Of a DNA stretch of 32,000 nucleotides, positions 7,853 to 17,332 are shown in pieces. The number at the start of each line of letters is the position of its first letter. The first letter of the stretch is position 1. A program made the position numbers and the translations under genes. The stretch covers positions 1,890,001 through 1,922,000 of the forward strand of contig NC_008340.1 in the NCBI RefSeq assembly GCF_000014785.1, written 5' to 3'. The stretch is from Alkalilimnicola ehrlichii MLHE-1. Its GTDB lineage: Bacteria > Pseudomonadota > Gammaproteobacteria > Nitrococcales > Halorhodospiraceae. Below the pieces are notes generated by a model. That model was not told the DNA's origin and did no database searches. It was given only the letters and a program-made list of their open reading frames with translations.

Positions 7853-7897
7853 CCCGTTTCTCAATAGCCATTGACCCACGGCGGGGAGGAAAGCGCA

Positions 7898-8665
7898 GTG
7901 TCGGCACTGATTGCCCTACTCTTCTATCTGGCCACAGCGGTATTGCTGGCGGGGTTGGCCTGGCGCATCTATTTATACGCCCGGACGCCCGCGCCGCTGC
8001 GCATTCCCACCACCCCCGCCCCCACCACCCGCGGCGGCGCGGCGTTGCGTGTCGCCCGCGAGGTGGTCCTTTTTCAAAGCCTGTTCCGCGCCAACAAGTG
8101 GATCTGGCTGCTCGGCTGGGCCTTCCATGTGGCCCTGCTGCTCGTCTTGCTGCGTCACTTGCGGTATTTCATCGAGCCGGTTTGGGGCTGGGTGGTGCTG
8201 ATCCAGCCCTTCGGGCTCTACGCCGGCTTCGTCATGGTGGCCGCCCTGATCGGGCTCTGGATCCGCCGGATCGGCGTGGCCCGGATCAAGGCCATCACGG
8301 GGCCCTCGGATCACCTCATGCTCGCCCTGCTGGTGGCCATCGGGCTCTCCGGCCTGGGCATGAAGTACCTGCAGCCCACCGACATCACCGGCGTCAAGGC
8401 CTACATGCTGGGGCTGATGCGCTTCGACTGGCAGCCGCTGCCCGGCGACCCGCTGCTCATCCTCCACCTGCTGTTGGTCGCTGCGCTGATGATCGTCTTC
8501 CCGTTCAGTAAGTTGCTGCACGCCCCCGGGGTGTTTTTCAGCCCCACCCGCAACCAACCCGACAACCCACGTGAGCGTCGCCACCTGGCGCCCTGGGCCG
8601 CGGCCCTGGAGCGCGGGACGGCCTCTGCCCATCCGAACCCGGCCCGCGAAGAGGTGCAGTCGTGA
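7898..8665 (+). CDS. dsrM: DsrM, NarI-like dihaem b membrane subunit of DsrMKJOP
   Basis: Multi-helix hydrophobic protein with the PLRIPTTPAP motif. GTG 7898 with GGAGGAA 8 nt upstream is preferred over the track's TTG at 7871. Confidence 0.85.
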   Translation: MSALIALLFYLATAVLLAGLAWRIYLYARTPAPLRIPTTPAPTTRGGAALRVAREVVLFQSLFRANKWIWLLGWAFHVALLLVLLRHLRYFIEPVWGWVVLIQPFGLYAGFVMVAALIGLWIRRIGVARIKAITGPSDHLMLALLVAIGLSGLGMKYLQPTDITGVKAYMLGLMRFDWQPLPGDPLLILHLLLVAALMIVFPFSKLLHAPGVFFSPTRNQPDNPRERRHLAPWAAALERGTASAHPNPAREEVQS

Positions 8666-10209
8666 AGAAACCCAGCTTCGAGACCCCGAGCCTGCCGGAG
8701 TACGTGGACACCCCGGAGCTTCAGCCAGGCGCCACCGCAGAGGTCAAGCCCTATGTGGCCGCGGAGAAGCACCAGACCCCCCTGGGCTTCCCGGGGGAGC
8801 TGCCGGACGACTGGCAGGACCGTGCCCTGACCCGTTTCGAGGAACTGCTGGAGCGCAACCGCGGGCTGCGGGTCTATATGGACGCCTGCGTCCGCTGCGG
8901 TGCCTGCACCGACAAGTGTCACTACTTCCTCGGCACCGGTGATCCGAGCAACATGCCGGTGGCGCGTCAGAACCTGATGCGCGACGTCTATCGGCGCTAC
9001 TTCACCCCGGCCGGCCGCACCTTCCCCAAGCTGGTAGGCGCCCGCGATCTCACCCGCGACGTCCTGGATGAGTGGTTCACCTACTTCCACCAGTGCTCCC
9101 AGTGCCGGCGCTGCTCGGTCTTCTGCCCCTATGGTATCGATACCGCCGAGATCTCCATGGCCGCCCGCGAGATCCTGGACGCCGCCGGCTACGGCCAGAA
9201 ATACAGCAACGAGATCATCGGCAAGGTCCACACCATCGGCAACAACCTGGGCCTGCCCGGCCCGGCCCTGGAGGACACCCTCGAGGACCTGGAGGAGGAC
9301 CTGGAGGACGAGACCGGTCAGCCGGTGAAGCTCCCCCTCGATCAGGAGGGCGCCGATGTCCTCCTGGTCACCCCCTCGGCGGACTTCTTCGCGGAGCCTC
9401 ACATCGACGGGCTGATGGGTTACGCCAAGGTCTTTCACCAGGCCGGCCTGTCCTGGACGCTCAGCACCCACGCCTCGGAGGCCGCCAACTTCGCCATGTT
9501 CATCGGCAGCTACGAGAACATGCGCAAGGTTGCCCTGCGTATCCGCGAGGCGGCGGTAAAGCTGGGGGTTAAGCGCATCGTGGTGGGCGAGTGCGGTCAC
9601 GCCTGGCGCGTCGCCTACAGCTTTTGGAACACCCTGGCGGGGATCGGCCACGGCGCCGAGCCCGACGATGAGTACGCGCGGATCCTGCAGGACCAGCTCG
9701 ATCCCAACTACCCGGTGCCACAGCACATCGTGGAACTCACCAACGACCTGGTGGACCGTGGCGTCGTCAAGCTCGACCCCGACGCCAATGCCGATATGCG
9801 CTTGACCTTCCACGACTCCTGCAACGTGGCCCGGGCCTCGCGCATGGGCAGCGCCCCCGGCGGCCAATTTCAACTTCCGCGCCGCCTGCTCCGCGCCAGC
9901 CTGCCCCGGGACAACTTCCACGACATGGCGGCAGAGACCATCGGCGACCGCACCTTTTGTTGCGGCGGTGGCGGCGGCCTGCTCACCGACGAGCTGATGG
10001 AGATCCGGGTCAAGGGGGCCATGCCCCGCATGCAGGCGCTGCGCGAGGCCATGGACCAACACGGCACCACGCATATGGCCGCCATCTGCGCCATCTGCAA
10101 GACCCAGTTCAGCAAGGTGCTGCCCTATTACGACATGCCCCCGGACATGATCGTGAGCCTGCACCAAGTCGTGGGCAACGCCATCCGTATGGACGCCTCG
10201 GACGTCTAG
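8662..10209 (+). CDS. dsrK: DsrK, HdrD-like Fe-S/CCG-domain subunit
   Basis: Fe-S motifs CVRCGACTDKC and CSQCRRCSVFCP, plus CCG-domain motifs (HDSCNVAR, FCCGGGGG). The GTG start overlaps the dsrM stop (GTGA). Confidence 0.92.
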   Translation: MKKPSFETPSLPEYVDTPELQPGATAEVKPYVAAEKHQTPLGFPGELPDDWQDRALTRFEELLERNRGLRVYMDACVRCGACTDKCHYFLGTGDPSNMPVARQNLMRDVYRRYFTPAGRTFPKLVGARDLTRDVLDEWFTYFHQCSQCRRCSVFCPYGIDTAEISMAAREILDAAGYGQKYSNEIIGKVHTIGNNLGLPGPALEDTLEDLEEDLEDETGQPVKLPLDQEGADVLLVTPSADFFAEPHIDGLMGYAKVFHQAGLSWTLSTHASEAANFAMFIGSYENMRKVALRIREAAVKLGVKRIVVGECGHAWRVAYSFWNTLAGIGHGAEPDDEYARILQDQLDPNYPVPQHIVELTNDLVDRGVVKLDPDANADMRLTFHDSCNVARASRMGSAPGGQFQLPRRLLRASLPRDNFHDMAAETIGDRTFCCGGGGGLLTDELMEIRVKGAMPRMQALREAMDQHGTTHMAAICAICKTQFSKVLPYYDMPPDMIVSLHQVVGNAIRMDASDV

Positions 10210-10256
10210 CCAGATACCGGGCCCCCGGGCCCGCACAAGATTGGGGAGCAAGCCAA

Positions 10257-12203
10257 ATGAGCACCACCACCAACGAGATGCAGTCGCTGACCCTGCGCCG
10301 ATTCAAGGAGGGCGACCATCAGCCCAAGGACTGGCAGGAGCAGATCTTCCAGGCCGGCTGGTCGCACAAGTGCCCCACCTATGTGCACCGGACACCGCCG
10401 TGCCAGGGCAGTTGCCCGGCGGGCGAGGATATCCGGGGCTGGTTGCAGATTGCCCGCGGACTGGACAAGCCGACGGCGGACGAACCCTGGCAGGCCTATG
10501 CCTTCCGTCGCCTCACCGAGGCGAACCCCTTTCCTGCGGTAATGGGCCGGGTCTGCCCCGCCCCCTGCGAACAGGGGTGCAACCGTAACGCGGTGGAGGA
10601 TCACGTTGGCATCAACGCCGTGGAACATAAGATTGGCGACTGGGCGCGGGAAAATGATCTGAAATTCGATGCCCCGGGCGAGCCCACCGGCCGCCACGTG
10701 GCGATCATCGGCAGCGGCCCGGCCGGTATGGCCGCGGCTTACCAACTGCGCAAACGGGGCCATGCCTGCACCCTGTTCGAGGCCCAGGAGGAACTGGGCG
10801 GCATGATGCGCTACGGCATCCCGGGCTACCGCGTCCCGCGGCAGGTTCTCGATGCCGAGATCCAGCGCATCCTCGACCTGGGCGTGGAGGTCCGCACCGG
10901 GGTCTGGGTCGGCCGGGACATCACCATCGAACAGCTCGACAACGACTACGACGCCGTTCTCTGGGCGGTCGGCACCCACAAAGGGCGCGACCTGCCGGTG
11001 GAGGGCTTCGAGGCGGCGCCCAACTGCCTCACCGGTGTGGACTTCCTGCGGGCCTTCAACGAGGGCCGGCTGCACGCGGTGAGCGACCGGGTCATCGTGA
11101 TCGGCGGCGGTGACACCTCCATCGACGTGGCCTCGGTCGCCCGCCGGCTTGGCTACAGCTCGGAGCTCGGCGACAACCAGGGCGTGGAGCACGTGGTGAT
11201 GGGCTATACCGCCCACGATGCCGCCAGCCTGGCGGTGCGGGAAGGGGCCAAGGTCACCCTCACCTCCCTGTTCCCGCGCGAGGAGATGACTGCCACCGAC
11301 CAAGAGGTGGAGGACGCCCTGCGCGAGGGGGTGGACATCAAGGCCGGCGTCATGCCGGTGGCCGTAATCACCGATGACGAGGGCAGGGCCACCGCCGTGC
11401 GCTTCGCCGAATGCCGGATGGAGAAAAACCGCCCCGTCCCCCTGGAAGGCACGGAGTTCGAGGTCGAGACCGACCTGGTGATCTCGGCCATCGGCCAGAT
11501 GGGCAACCTGGAGGGGCTGGAGGCGCTGGACAACGGCAACGGCTTCATGGACTGCGACCCCCACTTCCAGGTCAAGGGTCGACCGGGGCACTTCGTGGCC
11601 GGGGACATCATCCGCCCGCACCTGCTGACCACCGCCATCGGCCAGGCCCGCAGCGCGGTCGCCAGCATGGATCACTACTTCCAGACCGGCGAACCCGCCA
11701 AGTTCCCCAAGATCAACGTCCTGCACTTCAACCTGCTGCAGGCGATGCGCAAGGCGGGCCAGGAGCCGACGCCCTACGAGCCGCAGCCGGTGCGCGGCAC
11801 CGCCGACTCGGCTTTCGCCGTCCACAACTACGAGGACCGCTCCAAGGTCGAGATCATCAAACACGACCAGCTCTTCCTCGGCCATTTCAAGCCGACACCA
11901 CGCCACCAGCGCCAGCATCGCGAGATCAGTGAAGACTCGGTGATCGGTGATTTCGATGAGCGGCTCCATCCGTTGTCCGATGAGGAGGCCGTCGCTGAGG
12001 CCGAGCGCTGCATGAGTTGCGGCCTCTGCTTCGAGTGCGACAACTGCCTGATCTACTGCCCCCAGGACGCGGTCGAGCGGGTGCCGAAAAAGGAACGCGC
12101 GACCGGTCGCTACGTGCAGACCGATTACACCCGCTGCATCGGCTGTCATATCTGCCGCGATGTCTGCCCCACCGGTTACATCGAGATGGGGCTGGGGGAA
12201 TAA
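10257..12203 (+). CDS. dsrL: DsrL, NAD(P)H:acceptor oxidoreductase (GltD-like flavoprotein with C-terminal ferredoxin domain)
   Basis: Internal ATG at 10257 (MSTTTNEMQSL). The upstream 100 codons of track ORF 9957.. overlap dsrK and are Arg/Gly/His/Pro-rich junk. It has the dinucleotide folds VAIIGSGPAGMAAA and VIVIGGGDTSIDVA, and a C-terminal 2x[4Fe-4S] region CMSCGLCFECDNCLIYCP / CIGCHICRDVCP. Confidence 0.92.
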   Translation: MSTTTNEMQSLTLRRFKEGDHQPKDWQEQIFQAGWSHKCPTYVHRTPPCQGSCPAGEDIRGWLQIARGLDKPTADEPWQAYAFRRLTEANPFPAVMGRVCPAPCEQGCNRNAVEDHVGINAVEHKIGDWARENDLKFDAPGEPTGRHVAIIGSGPAGMAAAYQLRKRGHACTLFEAQEELGGMMRYGIPGYRVPRQVLDAEIQRILDLGVEVRTGVWVGRDITIEQLDNDYDAVLWAVGTHKGRDLPVEGFEAAPNCLTGVDFLRAFNEGRLHAVSDRVIVIGGGDTSIDVASVARRLGYSSELGDNQGVEHVVMGYTAHDAASLAVREGAKVTLTSLFPREEMTATDQEVEDALREGVDIKAGVMPVAVITDDEGRATAVRFAECRMEKNRPVPLEGTEFEVETDLVISAIGQMGNLEGLEALDNGNGFMDCDPHFQVKGRPGHFVAGDIIRPHLLTTAIGQARSAVASMDHYFQTGEPAKFPKINVLHFNLLQAMRKAGQEPTPYEPQPVRGTADSAFAVHNYEDRSKVEIIKHDQLFLGHFKPTPRHQRQHREISEDSVIGDFDERLHPLSDEEAVAEAERCMSCGLCFECDNCLIYCPQDAVERVPKKERATGRYVQTDYTRCIGCHICRDVCPTGYIEMGLGE

Positions 12204-12221
12204 GCCCCGGAGGAGCCGTCT

Positions 12222-12788
12222 ATGCGACACCGTTACCTGCTGGGCGCGGCCGTGCTGCTGGTGATACTGGCCGGTGCCACCTATGCCCTCACCCCCACGG
12301 CGCCGGACCGGGATCAGGCCGGGCGCGTGCCGGTGCCGCTGCTGCCGGAGGCGGCGGGTGAGGCCTGCATCGCTGACCCGGAGACCATGCGCCGCGAGCA
12401 CATGCACCTGCTGGCGAAACAGAAGCGCGACGGCGTGCGGCACGGGATCCGCCGCGACGACCAAAGCCTACAGGCCTGTGTGGACTGCCACGCGGTGCGC
12501 CCGGAGCAGTCCCTGGCCGAGCAGAGCCGCCTGGGCAGCCGTGAGCCCATGGCCTTCTGTATCAACTGCCACAGCTACAACGCCGTGCGCTTGGACTGCT
12601 TTGAGTGCCACTCGTCGACACCGAGCGATCCGGACCACAGGCACACGCTGGAGGGGACCGGGGTGCCCACCGGCCATTACCGCAAGCCACGGCTCGAGGG
12701 GTTGGACCTGGGCGCGCTGTCCCGGGCCTACGCCGCGGACACCCCCAGCACCAGCCGCGAACAGGGAGGGGCCAACGATGAGCAGTGA
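12222..12788 (+). CDS. dsrJ: DsrJ, trihaem cytochrome c
   Basis: Three CxxCH motifs (CVDCH, CINCH, CFECH) and an N-terminal signal anchor LLGAAVLLVILAGATYA. Confidence 0.9.
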   Translation: MRHRYLLGAAVLLVILAGATYALTPTAPDRDQAGRVPVPLLPEAAGEACIADPETMRREHMHLLAKQKRDGVRHGIRRDDQSLQACVDCHAVRPEQSLAEQSRLGSREPMAFCINCHSYNAVRLDCFECHSSTPSDPDHRHTLEGTGVPTGHYRKPRLEGLDLGALSRAYAADTPSTSREQGGANDEQ

Positions 12789-13563
12789 TCCGCGCGAACA
12801 GGGCTGCGCCCGCAACGGGGGAGACACCCCGTGCAACCCGACGCGCCGCCGTATGCTCGCTGCCGGCGCCGGGCTGCTGGGCCTGTCGGTGGCACCGGGG
12901 GTATTCCTGATGCAGGCCGGCGCCACATCGGACGCCGGCACCGCCACCGGGGCCTCCCCCCGGGTCCGCTGGGGACTGCTGATCGACACCACCCGCTGCG
13001 CCGAGGGCTGTGACGCCTGCGTGCGCGCCTGCCGGGAGGAAAACGGCTGGGCCCATCTGGGCCAGGCACCGACCGATGCCCAGTGGATCCGCAAGGTGAC
13101 GGTCAGCGATCCGGACACCGGCCACAGCCAGAGCCTGCCGGTGATGTGCCAGCACTGCGCCCATCCGCCCTGCGTCCAGGTCTGCCCCACCGGCGCGTCC
13201 ATGCAGCGGGCCGACGGCATCGTCCAGGTGGACAAGCACCTCTGCATCGGTTGCCGCTATTGCATGATGGCCTGCCCCTATAAGGCGCGCTCCTTCGTTC
13301 ATGAGCCGGTCACCGAGTTCTCCCCCAACAGCCCCCGGGGCAAGGGCACGGTGGAGTCCTGCCACCTGTGCGTGCACCGGATCGACCGGGGCCAGTTGCC
13401 CGCCTGCGTGACCCGCTGCGCCTCAGAAGGGGGCGGGGCTATGGTCTTCGGCGATCTCAACGATCCGGACAGCGACATCTCGCAGGCCCTGAGCCGCCAC
13501 GGCGGCCGGGCCATCCGCCAGGACCTGGGGCTGAACCCCGGCGTGCGGTACCAGGGCATCTGA
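12778..13563 (+). CDS. dsrO: DsrO, periplasmic 4x[4Fe-4S] ferredoxin-like subunit
   Basis: The start at ATG 12778 overlaps dsrJ by 11 nt. It has a twin-arginine signal (TRRRMLAAGAG) and several Fe-S cysteine clusters (CAEGCDACVRAC, CQHCAHPPCVQVCP, CIGCRYCMMACP, CHLC...C). The track ORF start at 12274 is a spurious extension across dsrJ. Confidence 0.9.
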   Translation: MSSDPREQGCARNGGDTPCNPTRRRMLAAGAGLLGLSVAPGVFLMQAGATSDAGTATGASPRVRWGLLIDTTRCAEGCDACVRACREENGWAHLGQAPTDAQWIRKVTVSDPDTGHSQSLPVMCQHCAHPPCVQVCPTGASMQRADGIVQVDKHLCIGCRYCMMACPYKARSFVHEPVTEFSPNSPRGKGTVESCHLCVHRIDRGQLPACVTRCASEGGGAMVFGDLNDPDSDISQALSRHGGRAIRQDLGLNPGVRYQGI

Positions 13564-13575
13564 GGGGATTCGGCA

Positions 13576-14853
13576 ATGAGTCAACGCATCCAATACCGCG
13601 AATTGACCGACAACGGGACGGGCTATCTGGCCGTGCAGGCCGGCCTGGCACTGCTGGTCCTGCTGGGCGCCGGCGTGGCGCTGTGGATGATGAATGTCGG
13701 GCACTACGTGACCGGCATGGACAACCAGGTGGTCTGGGGCACGCCCCACGTCTTCGCCGTGCTGCTGATCCTGGCCGCCTCGGGGGCGCTCAACGTCGCC
13801 TCACTGGCCTCGGTGTTCGGCCGCAGCGAGTACAAACCGCTCTCGCGCCTTTCCGGCGTGCTGGCCATGGCCCTGCTGGCCGGGGGGCTGGCGGTGCTGG
13901 TCCTGGACCTCGGCCGACCGGACCGGCTGATCGTGGCCATGACCCACTACAACCTGCAGTCCATCTTCGCCTGGAACATCTTCCTGTACACCGGCTTCTT
14001 TGTCGTGGTGGCGGTGTACCTGTGGTTCCAGATGGAGCGGCGGATGAACCGCCATGCCAACGCCGCGGGCACTGTGGCCTTCGCCTGGCGCATCGTGCTC
14101 ACCACCGGCACCGGCTCGATCTTCGGCTTCCTGGTGGCCCGCAGCGCCTTCGACACCGCCCTACTCGCCCCGCTGTTCATCGCCGCATCCCTGAGTTACG
14201 GCACCGCCGCCTTCATCCTGGTGGCCAGCGGCCTCCTTCGGGTACAGAACCGCCGGCTGCCGCAAGAGCTGCTCAGGGGATTGGGCCGCCTGCAGGTGCT
14301 GTTTATTCTCGCTACCGTCTACCTGCTGGCCATCTACCTGGTCACCCACGCCTACATGCCGGACCGCCACGGCGTCCTGCGTTTCCTGTTGTTGGAGGGC
14401 GGGGTCTACCCGGCCCTCTTCTGGGGCGTCCAGATCCTGCTGGGGGCGGTGCTACCACTCTTCCTGCTGCTGACCGGCCCGGGCGCCGGCGCCCCGATGC
14501 GGTTGGTGGCCGCCGCTGGCCTGGTGTTGCTGGGCGGGCTGGCACACCTGTACGTCACCATCATCGGCGCCCAGGCCTATCCCTTGGCGCTGTTCCCCGG
14601 CATGACGGTGTCCAGCACCTTCTTCGACGGCCAGGTCACCCACTACGCCCCCACCCTGCCGGAGGTCGTGCTCGGCATAGGGGGCATCGCCCTGGCGACG
14701 CTGCTGGTCTGTCTCGCCACCCGGGTCCTGCCCATCGTCCCCGACGCACTGCCCGGCGAGGCCGAAGAGCGCCGCGAGGCCGAGGCCGCCACCCGCGAGC
14801 CGGACAGTGAAGCTGCGCCACAGACGGCCATCACCCAACAGGACACCGCCTGA
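13576..14853 (+). CDS. dsrP: DsrP, NrfD/PsrC-like integral membrane subunit
   Basis: 425-aa polytopic membrane protein in the canonical position after dsrO. Confidence 0.9.
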   Translation: MSQRIQYRELTDNGTGYLAVQAGLALLVLLGAGVALWMMNVGHYVTGMDNQVVWGTPHVFAVLLILAASGALNVASLASVFGRSEYKPLSRLSGVLAMALLAGGLAVLVLDLGRPDRLIVAMTHYNLQSIFAWNIFLYTGFFVVVAVYLWFQMERRMNRHANAAGTVAFAWRIVLTTGTGSIFGFLVARSAFDTALLAPLFIAASLSYGTAAFILVASGLLRVQNRRLPQELLRGLGRLQVLFILATVYLLAIYLVTHAYMPDRHGVLRFLLLEGGVYPALFWGVQILLGAVLPLFLLLTGPGAGAPMRLVAAAGLVLLGGLAHLYVTIIGAQAYPLALFPGMTVSSTFFDGQVTHYAPTLPEVVLGIGGIALATLLVCLATRVLPIVPDALPGEAEERREAEAATREPDSEAAPQTAITQQDTA

Positions 14854-14868
14854 AACGAGGGTTGCATC

Positions 14869-15867
14869 ATGACCAAGTCCCTGCCACCGGAACACCCCTT
14901 TGCCACCGTCATCCGCACCCTGGGCAAGGGTCCCCAGAGCAGCCGCTCGCTCAGCCAGGAGGAGGCCGAGGCGGCCATGGGGGCGATCCTGGACGACGCC
15001 GTCCAGCCCATGCAACTGGGCGCCTTTCTCATGCTGTTGCGGGTCAAGGGGGAGACGGGTGAGGAGATGGCGGGCTTTGCCCGCGCCGCCCGGGCACGGC
15101 TGCAACGCCCTCATCAACCGCTGGCGGTGGACCTGGACTGGCCCAGCTATGCCGGCAAAAAGCGCCGCCTGCCCTGGTACCTGCTGGCGGCGAAGCTCCT
15201 GTCGCAGCAGGGCTACCGGATCCTGATGCACGGCTCCTCGGTCCATACCCCGGGACGGCTCTATGCCGAGACCGTGCTCGACCTGCTGGACCTGCCCCGC
15301 TGCAACAGTTGGGAGGAGGCCGGACGGGCCCTCGATCAGCACCACTTCGCCTACCTCCCGCTCGAAGTGCTCTCCCCCCGTATGGAGGCGTTGATCAACC
15401 TGCGCCCGGTGCTGGGCCTGCGCTCGCCCATCCATACCCTGGCCCGCCTGCTCAACCCGGCGAACGCCCCGGCCAGCCTGCACGGCATCTTCCACCCCGG
15501 CTATCTGCAGGTGCACCTGGCGGCTGCCGAGACCCTGGGCGAGCAGATGCTGGTGGTCAAGGGTGACGGCGGGGAGGCGGAGTTCATGCCGGACACCGTC
15601 TGCAAACTCCGCACGTCGGGGCTCCCCCTCCCCTCGGAGATCACCCTGGGGCCGTGGATGGAGCGCCAGGGCCGCAAGGGACTGGTGATGCCGGAAGCCG
15701 AGCAACTGATGCGCGTTTGGGAGGGGGACCTGGAGGACCGCTACGCCGAGTCGGCAGTGATCGGGACCACGGGTCTCGCTCTGCTGGCCATGAACCAACA
15801 CGACAAACCCCAGGCCGCCTTCGACGAGGCGGCACGGCTCTGGGCCCGCCGGCCGGTGCCGGCCTGA
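14869..15867 (+). CDS. TrpD2/YbiB-family protein (anthranilate phosphoribosyltransferase-like fold, non-catalytic paralogue)
   Basis: Blocks IRTLGKGPQSSRSL, LGAFLMLLRVKGETGEEMAGF, WPSYAGKKRRLPW..ILMHG, LRSPIHTLARLLNP and HPGYL...VVKGDGGEAE align with my recollection of E. coli YbiB. The TrpD GTGGD PRPP motif is not seen. The gene is 15 nt after dsrP and 16 nt before dsrN. Confidence 0.75.
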   Translation: MTKSLPPEHPFATVIRTLGKGPQSSRSLSQEEAEAAMGAILDDAVQPMQLGAFLMLLRVKGETGEEMAGFARAARARLQRPHQPLAVDLDWPSYAGKKRRLPWYLLAAKLLSQQGYRILMHGSSVHTPGRLYAETVLDLLDLPRCNSWEEAGRALDQHHFAYLPLEVLSPRMEALINLRPVLGLRSPIHTLARLLNPANAPASLHGIFHPGYLQVHLAAAETLGEQMLVVKGDGGEAEFMPDTVCKLRTSGLPLPSEITLGPWMERQGRKGLVMPEAEQLMRVWEGDLEDRYAESAVIGTTGLALLAMNQHDKPQAAFDEAARLWARRPVPA

Positions 15868-15883
15868 ACGGGAGGACGCTGCC

Positions 15884-17302
15884 ATGGTCCGGCTACTGCT
15901 GAGTGCCACCCACAAGTCATCGGGCAAGACGGCCGTGGCCATCGGTCTGGCGGCGGCCCTGCGCCGGCGTGGCTGCCGGGTGCAGCCGTTCAAGAAAGGG
16001 CCGGACTACATCGATCCAGGGTGGCTGAGCCTGGCGGCCGGACGGCCCTGCCACGGCCTCGACTTCCACACCATGACCCGGGAGGAGATTCTCAGCACGC
16101 TGCACCGGCGTGCCGCGAACAGCGATGTGGTGCTGGTGGAGGGGACCAAAGGGCTGCACGACGGCGTCGATCCCGCCGGCAGCGACAGCAATGCCGCGCT
16201 GGCCCGGCTGCTGGACCTGCCGGTGGTACTGGTACTGGACACCCGGGGGATGACCCGGGGCGTCGCCCCGCTGGTGCTGGGCCAGCAGCAAATGCCCGGC
16301 TGCCCGCGGATCGCCGGTGTCATCCTCAACCGCACCGGCGGCAGCCGCCACGAGGCCAAGCTGCACCAGGCCATGGCCCGGCACACCGACATTCCGGTGC
16401 TGGGGGCGGTGGGCGAGGACCGCAGCCTGGCGATCGAAGAACCCTATCTCGGCCTGGTGCCGGCCCATGAGAGCGCCGACGCGCTGCCCGCCGTCAACCG
16501 CTTGGCGGAGGCCGTCGCTCAGAACTGCGACCTGCCGGCACTGGCCCAGGCCTGCGGCACCGAACCCCTGCCGCTGGCCGGCTTCCCCACCACCGAACCG
16601 CCTGCCGCCCGGGTCCGCATCGGCGTCCCCAGGGACGCCGCCTTCGGCTTCTACTACCCGGGGGACCTGGAGGCCCTGCAACAGGCGGGGGCCGAACTGG
16701 TGTTCTTTAACGCCCTGCGTGACCGGGATCTGCCGGCGGTGGACGGGCTGTTTATCGGCGGCGGCTTCCCTGAGCGCCACGCCCCGACCCTGTCCGCCAA
16801 CCGCGGGATGCGGGAAGCGATCCGCCAGGCCAGTGAACGGGGCATGCCGATCTACGCCGAATGCGGCGGCCTCATGTACCTCTCGCGCAGCCTGAGCGTC
16901 GGCTGCGCACGGTACGCCATGTGTAACGCCCTCCCGGTGGACCTGGTGATGGAGCGACGACCCCAGGGACGCGGTTATATGCAGATCCAGGCCACCGGCG
17001 AGGGCCCCTTCAATCCACTGGCCGACGCCCAGCCGGCCCCGGCCCATGAGTTTCATTACTCGCGGTTGCTCACGGCCCCGGACGGGCTGCGCTATGCCTA
17101 CCGGGTGCTGCGCGGCAACGGGTTGGGCAATGGCCATGACGGGATCGTCCATCGCAACACCCTGGCGGCCTACGCGCACCTGCGCCACGGCCAGCGCACC
17201 CCCTGGGCGACCCGCTTTGTCGAGTTCGTCGTCGCCCATAGCCGGGGCCAGGCCCCGGGGCCATACACCACCGCCGCCCGACAGGCCGGCGGACAATCCT
17301 GA
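15884..17302 (+). CDS. dsrN: DsrN, cobyrinic acid a,c-diamide synthase-like sirohaem amidase
   Basis: CbiA/CobB-like N-terminus LLLSATHKSSGKTAVAIGLAAAL..FKKGPDYIDP, and a C-terminal glutamine amidotransferase domain with IYAECGGLMYL. Confidence 0.9.
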   Translation: MVRLLLSATHKSSGKTAVAIGLAAALRRRGCRVQPFKKGPDYIDPGWLSLAAGRPCHGLDFHTMTREEILSTLHRRAANSDVVLVEGTKGLHDGVDPAGSDSNAALARLLDLPVVLVLDTRGMTRGVAPLVLGQQQMPGCPRIAGVILNRTGGSRHEAKLHQAMARHTDIPVLGAVGEDRSLAIEEPYLGLVPAHESADALPAVNRLAEAVAQNCDLPALAQACGTEPLPLAGFPTTEPPAARVRIGVPRDAAFGFYYPGDLEALQQAGAELVFFNALRDRDLPAVDGLFIGGGFPERHAPTLSANRGMREAIRQASERGMPIYAECGGLMYLSRSLSVGCARYAMCNALPVDLVMERRPQGRGYMQIQATGEGPFNPLADAQPAPAHEFHYSRLLTAPDGLRYAYRVLRGNGLGNGHDGIVHRNTLAAYAHLRHGQRTPWATRFVEFVVAHSRGQAPGPYTTAARQAGGQS

Positions 17303-17332
17303 CCGGGAACAAAAACCACGCGGAGGAGTTCG

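Noticed and set aside
7838-7857. Possible attenuator hairpin straddling the dsrC stop codon (ACGGG ... CCCGT followed by TTTC)
   Set aside because: It has only a 5-bp stem with a 10-nt loop, which is too weak to call. It is noted only because higher dsrC than dsrMK expression is known in other organisms.
9957-10256. 100-codon upstream extension of dsrL, overlapping the end of dsrK
   Set aside because: The extension sequence is Arg/Gly/His/Pro-rich noise in an alternative frame of dsrK. The ATG at 10257 gives a 648-aa DsrL of the expected size.
12274-12777. 168-codon upstream extension of dsrO running through dsrJ (track ORF 12274..13563)
   Set aside because: It overlaps the trihaem DsrJ frame, which has three CxxCH motifs. 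The Tat signal of DsrO begins right after ATG 12778.
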